The notes beneath the pieces are model-generated. The model searched no databases, was not told the DNA's origin, and was given only the letters and a program-made list of their open reading frames with translations. 64,000 bases of DNA from Octopus vulgaris. Its lineage: Eukaryota. Each line of letters starts with the position of its first letter. The first letter of the stretch is position 1. The stretch covers positions 36,952,001-37,016,000 of the forward strand of contig OX597835.1 of NCBI GenBank assembly GCA_951406725.2, read 5' to 3'. The translations under genes and the position numbers were made by a program. Positions 39,873-53,094 of this stretch are shown here, in pieces.

Positions 39873-40499
39873 GACATAAGGGAGTAATTTTTTGTTTGTG
39901 TGTATGTATGTATACGTGTGTGTGTGTGTGTGTATACACATACTGTGCTATAAGTTATTTCCCAAATTAAAAGTGCAACAAGGACAAGCTATATATATAT
40001 GTATACACATGCATGTCTATGTGTAGGCGTGTGTGTGTGCACACGCATGCATGTGTAGGTGTATGTATATAGGTGTGTGTGTATGTTCTAGCATGTGTAT
40101 TTCAGTGGGGGCTGTGTGTGAAACAATGATAAAAGAAAGGGTTTGGTCCTTTAAAAAGTCAGCAGTCATCTGGGGCATCTGTTTTATGTCATGGCTGATT
40201 TGACTTTGGGGCTGTAGTGATGGCGGCGGTGGTGTTGTTGTTGTTGTTGTTCTTGTTGTTGGTGATGGAGGTGGTGTTTAAGAGTCTGAGATGGTCAGGG
40301 AGGGGTTTCATATGTAGTGTTTGTGTGTGTGTGGGGGGATTTTCTGTGTAATGCTGGTGTGTATGTCTGTGTGAATATATACTTGTTTGTGTGTGTACGT
40401 GTGGTGTGTACAGGAATGTATATATATATATCAAGTGTATTGTAATATAGAAGTATGTGTGAGTGCTTAAGTTTTAAAGAAGGTGTGTGTGTATATAAG

Positions 40500-41064
40500 A
40501 TATATATATATATGTATGTATGTATGTATATATGTATGTATGTATATATGTATATATGTATGTATGTATAAATGTATGTATGTATAAATGTATGTATGTA
40601 TAAATATATGTATGTATGTATGTATGTATATATATATATGTATGTATGTATATATATATGTATGTATGTATATATATATGTATGTATATATATATGTATG
40701 TATGTATATGTATGTATATATATATATGTATGTATGTATATATATATATGTATGTATATATATATATGTATGTATGTATGTATATATATGTATGTATGTA
40801 TATATATGTATGTATGTATATATATATATGTATGTATGTATGTATATGTATGTATATATATATATATGTATGTATATATATATATGTATGTATATATATA
40901 TATGTATGTATATATATATATGTATGTATATATATATATGTATGTATATATATATATGTATGTATGTATATATATATGTATGTATGTATATATATATGTA
41001 TGTATATATATATATGTATGTATATATATATATATGTATGTATATGTATGTATATATATGTATG

Positions 41065-41145
<81 letters not shown>

Positions 41146-41422
41146 GTATGTATATATGTATGTATATGTATGTATATATATATATGTATGTATATATATA
41201 TATATGTATATGTATGTATATATATGTATATGTATGTATATATATGTATATGTATGTATATATATGTATATGTATGTATATATATGTATATGTATGTATA
41301 TATGTATATGTATGTATATATATGTATATGTATATGTATGTATATATATGTATATGTATGTATATATATGTATATGTATGTATATATATATATGTATGTA
41401 TATGTATGTATATATATATATG
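40500..41422. repeat. ~920-bp (TA)n(TATG)m microsatellite
   Basis: Contains only T, A and G on the + strand, in near-perfect purine-pyrimidine alternation. Source of the 270-410 aa spurious ORFs. Confidence 0.97.
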
Positions 41423-42099
41423 TAGGTCTATATATAAGTGGTATCTATAAAAATGTGGGTTTCTGCAGCTTGGCTGAGTGTGTATATACCCCCCCCCCCC
41501 ACTCGCGCCATTTATCATCAACAAGTGCTAAGCAGAAGGAGTCTTGTACAATTTTCCATTGTTAGAAGAACCTTGGTGATGTCAGCCTCTTTTAAAATTT
41601 CCCTCCTTCATGTCAGCCCTACATCAGTCAGTCGCTGCTATTTCTTGCTCTTGCGGTCCTTAAGGGACGGTCCTCCACCGAAGGAGTTAGTTAATAGTAA
41701 TAATAATAATAATGATGTTGTTGTTATTATTACTCTTACCATTACTTTTAACACTCTTCATCTGTTATCGGCGCTATCATCGTCACCGTCACCACCATCC
41801 TCATCATCATCATCATTTACATCATCTCTGGTAATTACTTTTATTCATTTAATCTTTTTGTTTTGTTGGTTTTTTTTTGCCAAGTGGTTTTTTTTCTGTG
41901 TATGTGTGTATAGGGGCAGGGGGGTATGTATTAATTATTGCAATTCTTTTGTTTTTATCCCACCCACCCCCTTATGTCAACTGCCTTGTTAGGAGGTGGG
42001 GATGGTATCACCTCTTACCCACCTCCACCCTTGCTTCTGACCTTCCCCACTCCTTTTCTATATGTCTCTTCATTTCTCTCTCTCATATATATACACTTA

Positions 42100-42313
42100 C
42101 ACTTTTACTTGTTTCAGTCATTTGACTGCGGCCATGCTGGAGCACCGCCTTTAGTCGAGCAAATCGACCCTGGGACTTATTCTTTATAAGCCTAGTACTT
42201 ATTCTATCGGTCTCTTTTACCGAACTGCTAAGTGACGGGGACGTAAACACACCAGCATCGGCTGTCAAGCAATGCTAGGGGGAACAAACACAGATACACA
42301 AACACACACACGC

Positions 42314-42346
<33 letters not shown>

Positions 42347-42510
42347 TACGACGGGCTTCTTTCAGTTTCCATCTCCCAAATCCACTCACAAGGCTTTGGT
42401 CAGCCCAAGTCTATAGTAGAAGACACTTGCTCAAGGTGCCACGCAGTGGTACTGAATCCGCAACCATGTGGTTGGTCAGCAAGCTACTTACCACACAGCC
42501 ACTCCTGCGC
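42100..42510 (-). mobile_element. SINE family A
   Basis: Full-length reverse copy. Confidence 0.9.
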
Positions 42511-42890
42511 CGATATATATATATATATATTTAAACACACATACACACACACACACACACACATATATATAAAACACACACATATATATAAAACACACAC
42601 ATACACACGCATATATATAGGCATGGATTCTAAGATGCCTTGAATCTTGGCTTTCCAGTCATGCTCACAGCGCCACTTAGGCCACCCTGGGACTGTTGAT
42701 CTTGATACGCTTGAACAATTGAGCAGGGTGACTATTATATTGTGCCATTTTTAGGATCATGAATATTTTTGTTTTTGTATTTGGTTTGCAAGATTCTTGA
42801 TGCGAAATACTACAGATTGTGGTGTATTTTGGGAGGGCCATACTGCCAATAATGAGTACGCACACACACACACTGCTTCTGCTTCGCTTC

Positions 42891-42958
<68 letters not shown>

Positions 42959-43424
42959 CTAGTAGTCAGCCATTGTATGCCAGGTAAAATGGTTAGTGGC
43001 TCCTTTCTTCACCCCCCCCCCCACTCCAAAGAATAGAGAAGGCTTTTCTGATGATTGTTTAAGTTTACTGTTTGTGATATTGTCAGATTTATGATAAGCA
43101 ATATCTCATGAGGCCTCCTATTAGAAAAAATATTGCCTGTGAAATGTTCTATGTAGTTGTTGACTTGCTAGAAATAACAGCCAAAATTTTTCTCCAATTC
43201 ACATCCAAATATCTAAAACAAATATGAGAAAAGAAAAAAAAGAAAAGGACACAAGGAATGTTGTAGTGCTGGATATTAACCATCATTGTCATCATTTAAT
43301 GTCTGTGTTCCATGCTGGTATGGGTTGGATGATTTGATGAGGATCCAGTGAGTTGAAGGACTGCATCATGCGCCAATATCTGCTTTTGCATGGTTCCTAT
43401 GTCTGGATGCCCTTCCTAATGCCA

Positions 43425-43833
43425 CATCCTTCGTGTCCGATGGCATCACTTTGTCTTCAACAATTCGGTGCGACACCAGTGCAGAATCACCTCCCTCAGA
43501 CAAGTCATCCTAATGAGACGTCTGCGTTGGCTGGGTCATGCCCTCCGTCGTCAACCAGGAGAATTCATCTACGAAGCAATTGCCCCAGCTCCCCTTCAGG
43601 GTTGGCTGAAGCGATGTGGTGGACAACATAAAACCTGGCTGATGACAGTCAAGGCTGATTTGGAACCCAACCTGGGCCCCCATATCTACGGCGTTCGCCG
43701 CTGGAATACGGAGTGGTTGGAGATCACGCGGTCGTTAGCCTCAAATTGCCAGGCCTGGTCGGCGTTTGTGAAAGATGCTGCATTGAGGATGAATGAAGCC
43801 AGCTCAACCCACCCCGGGAGAATGCTGTCAAGT
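43425..43833 (+). mobile_element. RTE LINE 3' fragment inserted in a family C copy
   Basis: ILMRRLRWLGHALRR...GWLKRCGGQHKTWLMTVKADL...LASNCQAWSAFVKD. TSD ctaatgcca (43416-43424 / 43834-43842). Confidence 0.9.
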
Positions 43834-44006
43834 CTAATGCCAACTACTTGACAAAGTGTACTGGGTATTTTTCTTGTGTCGGTGGCCCTAGTGAGGTTTC
43901 CATGCAGCTTGCTTGTCTACACAACACAAGGATGGGTGGCATGTTCATATGTTACGAGAGAAGCAGATTGGGGTGGAAGCAGATTTTTGATGAAAAGGAA
44001 ATAAAT

Positions 44007-44175
44007 AGGTGTAGGAGTGGCTGTGTAGTAAGTAGCTTGCTTATGAACCACATGGATCGGGTTCAGTCCCACTGCGTGGCACCTTGGGCAAGTGTCTTCT
44101 ACTATAGCCTCGGGCCGACTAAAGCCTTTTGAGTGGATTTGGTAGACAGAAAGTGAAAGAAGCCCGTCGTATATA

Positions 44176-44206
<31 letters not shown>

Positions 44207-44414
44207 ACATGTTTGTGTGTCTGTGTTTGTTCCCCCAACATCACTTGACAACCGATGCTGGTGTGTTTATGTCTCTGTAACTTAGTGGTTCAGCAAAAGA
44301 GACTGATAGAATAAGTACTAGGCTTACAAAGAATAAGTCCTTGGGTTGATTTGCTCAACTAAAGGCAGTGCTCCAGCATGGCCACAGTCAAATGACTGAA
44401 AAAAGTGAAAGAGT
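44007..44414 (+). mobile_element. SINE family A
   Basis: Full-length copy. Confidence 0.9.
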
Positions 44415-44632
44415 ATGTGAAAAACAAAATAGGAATTTTGAAAGAAGTTTCTATAAAACTAGTTTGTAAGCATCAAATGGTTATAAGGGTCCACCAGAAT
44501 AAAATAGCAATCAAAAGGGTCCATAGATAAAAAATGGTTAGGGAAACCCTTGCTTTAGATGTATGTATTGCAAAGAAACAGCTTGGTTTCTTTCTGTAAT
44601 GTTTTACATTGTTAAACCTACACAAGTTAATG

Positions 44633-45006
44633 TCATCATCATCATCATCATCATCGTTTAACGTCTGCTTTCCATGCTGGCATGGGTTGGACGATTTTGA
44701 CTGAGGGCTGGCGAACCAGACTGCCGCACCAGGCTCCAATCTTGATCTGGCAGAGTTTCTACAGCTGGATGCCCTTCCTAACGCCAACCACTCCGAAAGT
44801 GTAGTGGGTGCTTTTTACGTGCCACCGGTAAGGGGGCCAGTCAGGCGGAACTGGCAATGACCTTGCTCGAATCTTTTTACATGTACCACCGGCACAGGTG
44901 CCAGTAAGGTGATGTTGGTAATGATCACGCTCGAATGGTGCCCTTTTACGTGCCACCGGCACGGAAACCAGTTGGCTGCTTTGGCAACAATCACGCTCGG
45001 ATGGTG
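44633..45006 (-). mobile_element. SINE-like family C
   Basis: (CAT)n tail, core block and three ~63-bp tandem units. Confidence 0.88.
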
Positions 45007-45192
45007 CAAAAACAAATTGGGTATTTTGAAAGCAGTTTCTATAGAACTAGTTTTTAAGCATTGAATGACTATGGAGGTCTACCAGAGTGAAATAACAACC
45101 AAAGCGGTCTGTAGGTAAAAAAATGGTTGAGAACCTTTGGTCTAAACAAACCTGTTGATCAACTGACGGATCTTTTTCTTGCTTATAGAACA

Positions 45193-45548
45193 CTAGCACG
45201 TTGCCGGGTCATAGTGCTAGCGCATGCATATACAGCTGCGTGCATGCGCACATACATGCGAGTACTGTCCACATCTCTGACCAATCACATGCAGCTAGCT
45301 GTCATTCAGTTGGCGTATCAAGTTTCGGGCATTTTGATTGGGTTTTGGATAGAAAATTCACAAAAAAGTCACTTCTATTGGTTTTTTATGGCTTTGCTGG
45401 GTGACTGGGGAAATGTAAAGATGTGCACAACCACCCTTGGACGGTTTTGAATGACCATAGAAAGTGCGAGCCCTCTAACTGAAAAATTGTGGATTTGTAT
45501 AAAGGACACACACGCAGACAGACATTTTGCCGTTTATATATATAGAGA
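45193..45548 (-). mobile_element. Non-autonomous Helitron
   Basis: On minus: A|TCTCTATATATATAAAC ... GACCCGGCAACGTGCTAG|T (5'-TC, 3'-CTAG, A/T target, no TSD). Confidence 0.78.
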
Positions 45549-45954
45549 TTTCAGGACGGTATTGATCCAGTTGTGTTTAATCTAAATTGAGAACAGAAAG
45601 TCATTCAGCTGTGAAAAATTAATTGATCCAATGAGGGATTGGGGTGAGGGTGATGAATGCAATGAATTATTGTTGCTATCGTACATTACTGACATATGTT
45701 GAATATAGGCCCATGATGGTGTTGTTCTTGTTGTTGGTATTGTTACTTAGTTCCAGACTCGTCCTGATCAACTAAACATTGTCAGAGACGTTGCAGCTGT
45801 GACCATTTTGTCTTTTTGCATATCCTAGAATACATTTTTTTTTTATATGATTTTGTCTCAACCAAGGCTTGAGGCCCCATTTTAATGTAAGGGACCTCAA
45901 AGAAGGAAAAGGCGCCTATAAATTCAAAATATGCTGATTTAATAGAAAGTTTAA

Positions 45955-46580
45955 CCCTTTAGCATTCAGATTATTATGTCGAATGTAATGCTCATTCATT
46001 CATGTGATAAGAAGCTTGCTTCCCAACCACATGGTTCCAGGTTCAGTCCCACTGTATGGCACCTTCGACAAGTGTCATCTACTATATCCTTGGGTCGACC
46101 ATGGCCTTGTGAGTAGATTTGGTAGACGGAAACTGAAAGAAGTTCATCATATATATATATATATATAAGTTCATCATATATATATATATATATACATATT
46201 TTATGTGTACCTTTGTATCTGTGTTTATCTCCCCATCATCACTTGTCAACTGGTGTTGGTGTGTTTGCATCCCTGTAGCTTGGTGGTTTGGCAAAAGAGA
46301 CTGATAGAATAAGTACTAGGCTTTAAAAAGTAAGTCCCGGGGTTGATTTGTTCAACTAAAACCTTTCAAAGCGTTGCAGCCAAATGGCTGAAACAAGTAA
46401 AAGAATTATAATGAAGTGATCGTGAATTATCTTGTAGCTTTGAGATTTCAATGATGTGATTGTTTTTTTCTTTTTTTTAATGACATTGTAGGGTATGTGT
46501 GAGAGGCCAAATAAGGCAAGCTTGATTATGAAAGAAATTGAATATTTGGGTCGGATATGGCCAGTTTGAATACTAGAGGG
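45955..46580. mobile_element. piggyBac-type MITE (second family) containing SINE A at ~46003-46405
   Basis: TTAA|CCCTTTAGCATTCA ... TGAATACTAGAGGG. Relative at 54767-55554. Confidence 0.65.
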
Positions 46581-46589
46581 CTACAGGTT

Positions 46590-46770
46590 GGAATAGAGGC
46601 AAACAAGATGGTGGTAGTGAGTCTGAGGAAAGAAGCTATTAGAATAAAATGGTCTTATGAGAAACAGGACGTTCGACAGAGAAATGATTTGCCTGAGAAG
46701 AGAACTAAGTGACAGGTTTAAAGGACTTGACAAAGGGTACTGTAGATAAGAAAGGTCGTGTGCAATAACC
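46590..46770 (-). mobile_element. Degraded CR1/L2-group LINE 3' fragment (similar piece at ~47655-47750)
   Basis: YSNSFFPQT and YSKSFFPQTAAL resemble the SFFPRT C-terminal motif. Confidence 0.5.
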
Positions 46771-47934
46771 ATGGTAATACTTATAGAAAAGACACACTGA
46801 AGATAAATAAATTTCAGTGATGTGTCAAAGACCCCAGGTCATTAGAAAGAAGAGGAACCACTTCCAAGTGTTAACTTGGTTCTGAATTTGAAAAGAAGAC
46901 AGTGGTAATGAATTAAGATAGAAATACACAGGAAAATGCGTAAATAACCGACATTAAAAATACCAAAAAAGAAAAAAAAATCTTTTAAAATATTCATCAT
47001 AGAAAAGTGCTGATATATATATATATATATTCATATGTATATTAGTGCTGTAGTTTTACATACATATGAATATACGAGTCTGTGTAAATTGGTCTATACA
47101 TATACACCATATGTGTATATGAAAAAAATATATATATATATTGTTCTTAAACAAGAATGCTATTGATAGTGGCTTCGAAGTCATAGTCAAGAAAATTATT
47201 CTTTAAGAATAATTAATTTGTATCTACAAAATTGTAGAGTAACTTTTCAAATTTATTTCCCCTTTCAATAATGATTTCGGGCCAAGCAAATTGTAGAAAG
47301 TACACATGGAGATTATTAACTGTAAATACACGTTAGAGTGTAGAAAGCTGACAAATAAAGAAGCATCAAATACACCAAAGAGTACAATACAGACTGTGAC
47401 TCATGGATATATTTATAGAGGACATACGCACGATAGAGTACAGGCTGACACTGACACTTATAGTAGACATGCAACACATGATAGAGTACAGTGTGCCCTG
47501 ACACATGGAGACGTAGTGAATACACATGATGGAGTATAGTAAAGACGGAATATGGAGGAGCGTATGGAGTGCCACATGGGAAACGTTTAGAGAAGACATG
47601 CAAGGTGTAGCACAGTAATGGAGCCGTATATAACGAGATATAAAATGAAAGAAAGATGAGTGCAGCAGTTTGAGGAAAGAAGCTTTTAGAATACAAGTAT
47701 CTATGACTAACAGGAAGCTCGATAGAGAAATGTGGTGCCCGGGAAGAAAAGTGGGTGTTGGGTTAAAGATCTTGACAGATGGTACAAGACCAGGAAGTTC
47801 ATCATCATCATCGTCATTATATGTCCACTTTCCATGCTGTCATGGGTTAGACACTTTGATTGGAACTGGTAAGCCAGAGGGCTGCACTAGGTTCCAGTCT
47901 GATTTGGCATGGTTTCTACAGCTGGATGCCCTTC

Positions 47935-48168
47935 CTATTTCTTTACTACCCACAAGGGGCTAAACACAGAGAGGACAAACAAGGACAGAGAAACGGATTA
48001 AGTCGATTATATCGACCCCAGTGCGTAACTGGTACTTATTTAATCAACCCCAAAAGGATGAAAGACAAAGTCGACCTCAGCGGAATTTGAACTCAGAACG
48101 TAGCGGCAGACGAAATACCGCTAAGCATTTCGCCCGGTGTGCTAACGTTTCTGCCAGCTCGCCGCCTT
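47935..48168 (-). mobile_element. SINE family B nested in a family C copy
   Basis: TSD ccttcctatt on both sides, overlapping the SINE 3' end AAATAGG (3' microhomology). Confidence 0.88.
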
Positions 48169-48384
48169 TCCTTCCTATTACCAGCCACTCTGAGAGTGTA
48201 ATAGGTGTTTTTATGTGCTACCACCACAGGTGCCATCTACATGACCCCAGCAACAGCCACGATTACAATACAATGGATACCACTTACATGACACTGTCCA
48301 CTTGGTTTAACGAGTCTACAAATGTGCCAAAGCTCAAGTGCCTGTGGCTTGCACTATGCATTTAGGGATTTTCTCATCACTATT

Positions 48385-48750
48385 ATCCATCCGAGCGTGA
48401 TCGTTGCCAGAGCAGCTATCTGGCCTCTGTGCCGGTGGCACGTAAAAGACACCATTTGAGCGTGATCGTTACCAACAATGCCTTACTGGTACCTGTGCCG
48501 GTGGCATGTGTAAAAGATTCGAGCGTGGTCGTTGCCAGTACTGCCTGACTGGCCCCGTGCCAGTGACAGGGAAAAGCACCCATTACACTCACAGAGTGGT
48601 TGGCATTAGGAAGGGCACCCAGCTGTAGAAACTCTGCCAGATCAAGATTGGAGCCTGGTGCAGCCATCTGGTTCGCCAGCCCTCAGTCATTCATCCAACC
48701 CATGCTAGCATGGAAAGCGGACGTTAAACGATGATGATGATGATGATGAT
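48385..48750 (+). mobile_element. SINE-like family C
   Basis: Tandem units, core block and GGACGTTAAAC(GAT)n tail. Confidence 0.88.
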
Positions 48751-49558
48751 ATTTCAGCAAGTATTTTGACAAATCCAGTTTTGTTATACCTGAGGTGGTA
48801 TAACAAAACTGGAACAGGTTCAGAGTCGTCTCCCTTACTCTTTACTAAATTGATTAGAAATATTAGACACCATTGATTGGGCTAATGTTGACTTCTCCTC
48901 ACTGCCTAATTATTTCTTGATAGGTTTATTTATGCTCATTGCATCATTAAATATTGTAAGACTTGTCACAGGTGTGGCTGAGTGGTAAGAAGTTTTGCTT
49001 CCCAACCACAGGGTGGCAGTTTCAGTCCCACTGCACGGCACCTTGGGGAAGTATTTTCTACTATTCCCCTGGACTGACTAAGGCCTTGTGACTGGATTTG
49101 GTTGACATAAATTGAAAGTAGCTCGTCATCTATTTACCTGTCTTTCTACCTGTCTAAAAAATCTCTATCTTTCTGTGTGTCCTTGTGTTGACTTTATGTG
49201 ATTCTTGTAACAATACTTGTCACTGTCATACAAGAAATGTCATTCATTTCCAGTATTCTGCAAAATCGTGTCTGACCATGAGTACCTTGGTTGGAAACAG
49301 GTGAGGGTTGGTGACAAGAAAAGCACCCGGGTTTTAAGAAAATGTACCTCAAATAAACTACTCCCCCGACCCATGAAAACATGGAAAAGTGGACGTAAAT
49401 CATGCGATGGTGGTTATGGTGATGATGATGAACCTGTGGCTATAGATTATTTTATTTTATTTCATCTAGTTTCAGCTCACGAGCTGTGGCCATGCTGGGG
49501 CACCGCCAATTGATTACTTCCGCTTTGCTAGATAGGGACCATCAGAGTTGATCTAGAG

Positions 49559-49597
<39 letters not shown>

Positions 49598-50033
49598 TAG
49601 TGAGGGAGAGAGTGGAAGGAAGTAGAGAAGTTGTATGGGATGGGTGGAGGCACAACTGTGACAGTACACCACCACAACTACCACATTTACCACCACCACT
49701 GCCTCCACTACTGCATCAGACCATCATCAACACCTTAATGTTGTACTACTAGCATTGCAACAACTATCACTGCAACTACTACTACTACTGTTGCTGCTAC
49801 TGCTACTACATTGAAATCAATGTATTTAGGTTGAGAGGTAGAGAGAGAGAAACAGTGCAATGTAGATTATTACATAGACAAATAGGTAGGGAGGTAAAGT
49901 GGGGGAGGGGTTGAATATGAGGGAGAGAGAGAGGGGTGGAGTGTGTGTGTGTGTGTATGTGTCGGAATTGGGGAGTGTCTTGAGGAAGAGGAGAAAGCTA
50001 AAAGCAGGGAGCTGTGTGTGTATATATATATAC

Positions 50034-50091
<58 letters not shown>

Positions 50092-50092
50092 G

Positions 50093-50133
<41 letters not shown>

Positions 50134-50172
50134 AATAAATAAATAAACACACAAACACACATATGTATATGA

Positions 50173-50211
<39 letters not shown>

Positions 50212-50329
50212 GCATAGATAAAATACACAAGTTTCCAAGTTTCTGTGCTAAAAGTGTGAAACTTGAGAGGAAATACTCCAGATTGTTGTTTAAATATCTC
50301 TCGCATGGTTGTTGATTATTGAGATAAAG

Positions 50330-50760
50330 GTTTGGTGGTGGTGGTGGTGATGGTGGTGGTGGTGGTGGTGGTGATGGTGGTGGTGGTGGTGATGGTGGTG
50401 GTGGTGGTGGTAGTAGTAGTAATAATAGTGGTGGTGGTGGTGATATTTACATGCTGTAGTGAAGCACATAGTAGAGTGGTGGTGGTACGGTCGTGGTTTT
50501 GTGATGCAGTTTCTGAGGTAGCATGCTAGTAGTGTACTCTCATGTTGTAATGTATGTTGTATAATTGTGGTGGTGGTGGTGGTGGTAGTGGTGGTGATGG
50601 TCATATAGTTTTGACAGTGGTGTCGTGGTGGTGGGGTACGTTGGTGATGGTGTTTGTAGTAGTACTAGTAGTAGCTGTAATGGTGGTAGTGGTGGTAGTA
50701 GTAGTGGTATGGTTGTGGTTTTGTGATGCAGTTCTGATGTAGTGTGGTAGTAGTGTTCTC
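50330..50760. repeat. (GGT/AGT)n trinucleotide tract with ~240-bp higher-order duplication
   Basis: gtggttttgtgatgcagtt..tagtagtgt.ctc..atgttgtataattg occurs at ~50490-50570 and ~50715-50800. Confidence 0.85.
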
Positions 50761-50979
50761 TAATTGTTATGTAATGTATGTTGTATAATTGTTGTGGTGG
50801 TCATATGGATTTTGGCAGTGATGTGATGATGGTGGCGGGGTATGTCAGTGATGGTGTTATAGTTGTGGTGGCAGTGTTAGTGGTGCACTGTAGTACTCGT
50901 TCTTGTTTAACCCTAGGCCAAGCTTGGTCAAACAGATCCTTGATCGTAGCCGTCCCTACCACAACTTTCACACCTAGAG

Positions 50980-51360
50980 AACATCAGACCACATTATCCA
51001 ATGATTTGTGGGAGATGGAGATTTGGCTGCTATTTCTAGTAAATCAAAGCCACCATGTAAAGCTCCTTGATTAGAAATGTATTGTAGTAGTAGTATTGGG
51101 TGGGTCCTCTCTCTCATCCTAAACTTTCTCATCCACCTTGGCCCCCACTTTCTTCATTATGTTATCTGCTCTGTTCACTCAACATCAAACCACATTATCC
51201 AATGACTTGAGGAAGATTTGGCTGCTATTTCTAGTAAATCAAAGCCACTATGTAAAGCTCCTTGATTTGTGTTGTAGTAGTGCTGGTTGGGTCCTCTCTC
51301 TCACCCTAAACTCCCTCACCCACCCCGGCCATCACTTTCTTCTTCATTATATTATCTGCT
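50980..51360. repeat. Tandem duplication, ~190 bp x2
   Basis: aacatca.accacattatccaatga...gatttggctgctatttctagtaaatcaaagccac...ttcttcattat.ttatctgctct is repeated. Confidence 0.85.
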
Positions 51361-51698
51361 CTAGTCACTCAAGTCTTTTCCACCCGGGTGCACATACCCC
51401 TGTTAGCTATACATAGCACCTACCCAGGTGTTATGTGATACACAGCAGTAATAATACTCTGTTAATTACAATAGGCTGTGGCTGGGGTGGGAGGGTGGTG
51501 GTGTGTTTATGTACACACACACATACATCATGGGAGGAGGAGGCATGGGGTGGCCTGTTTCATCTATTAGGGGTATGAGAGAGAGAGAGAGATCTGAAGT
51601 GGTATACAAACAAGACTGCTCTTATTTCCATCTCACATCTGATGGAAATGCAGACTTGCCAATATGCACACACACATATTATCACAACTCTCAGTTCC

Positions 51699-51756
<58 letters not shown>

Positions 51757-51784
51757 AAAGTAAAAGAATATATATATATATGTG

Positions 51785-52086
51785 AAGGCGCAATGGCCCA
51801 TGGTTAGGGCAGCGGACTTGCGGTTGTAGGATCGCGGTTTCGATTCCCAGACCAGGCCTTGTGAGTGTTTATTGAGCGAAAACACCTAAAAAGCTCCACG
51901 AGGCTCCAGCAGGGGGTGGTGGCAATCCCTGCCCTTACTCTTTCGCCACAACTTTCTCTCACTCTTTCTTCTGTTGGCCTGCTCGCTTAGCCAGCGGGGT
52001 GGCGTCATTTGAAGGCTAAAACAATACGAAGCGCATTGTGACCAGCGATGTGTAGCAACATCCGATAGCCTGGTCGGTCTGTCACA

Positions 52087-52090
<4 letters not shown>
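51785..52090 (+). mobile_element. SINE family D, tail type 2 (RTE-derived)
   Basis: Same head and body as 1191-1375. Tail ...TGTGACCAGCGATGT...CTGGTCGGTC..GTGATATA. Confidence 0.85.
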
Positions 52091-52137
<47 letters not shown>

Positions 52138-52380
52138 TTTTATTCTTTTACTGGTTTCGGTCATTTTGACTGTGGCCATGCTGGAGCACCATCTTTAGTT
52201 GAACAAATCAACCCCAGGACTTAATCTTTGTAAGCCTAATACTTATTCTATCGGTCTCTTTTTGCCGAACCACTAGGTGACGGGGACATAAACACAGCAA
52301 CATTGGTTGTCAAGCAATGGTAACGGGAGGACAAACACAGACACATACATGCATACATACATATATATACATATATATAT

Positions 52381-52490
52381 ATCACCTTGACCGACCAGTC
52401 AGTTGGGCGTCCGTTTGACACCGCTGGTCACAGCACGCTGTCCACTCCTCTGGATCGTGCCTTTCTCATCCATGTGATCCCAATGCGACG
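52381..52490 (-). mobile_element. RTE-type LINE extreme 3' end, in the microsatellite of a minus SINE A (52139-52525)
   Basis: RRIGITWMRKAR...RAVTSGVKRTPN* followed by CTGGTCGGTCAAGGTGATATA. Confidence 0.7.
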
Positions 52491-52869
52491 GGCTTCTTTC
52501 AGTTTCCATTTACCAAATCCACTCAAGACTTTGTTTCAGTTATTAGAGCGTGGCCATGCTGGGGCACTGCCTTGAAGAATTTTAGTCAAGCGAATAGATT
52601 GCAGTACATATTTTCTTTTAAGCTTGGTACCTTTTTCTATCAGCATCTTTTGCTGAACCACCAAGTTATTGGGATGTAAACACACCAACACCGGTTGTCA
52701 GACAGTGGTTGGACACACACACGCACTGTATCTTAAGAGGTCAACATGTTAATAATAAACACACACACACACCAGTTCAATTTCTCTTCTTTACAAGATT
52801 TGCTTCCGCCCAGCTTCACATCAAGTCTTTGCAAAGCAAATACCCAGAAGAAGTGTGTGTGTGTGTGTA

Positions 52870-53042
52870 TGCAGGCGTGGCTGTATGGTAAGAAGCTTGC
52901 TTCCCAACCACATGGTTCTGGGTTCAGTCCCACTGTGTGGCACCTTGGGCAAGTGTCTTTTACTATAACCTCGCACTGATCAAAGCCTTATGAGTGGATT
53001 TGGTGGATGGAAACTGAAAGAAGTCCATCGTAGATATATATA

Positions 53043-53094
<52 letters not shown>

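Noticed and set aside
40295-41565. Long ORFs of 270-410 aa (also 29600-30168, 32427-33222, 49826-50604)
   Set aside because: Stop-free read-through of TA/TG/CA/GGT microsatellites, open in several frames on both strands; not genes.
44807-45006. CRISPR-like repeat-spacer appearance in family C
   Set aside because: The spacers are homologous to each other, the array is part of a dispersed eukaryotic retroposon, and there are no cas genes.
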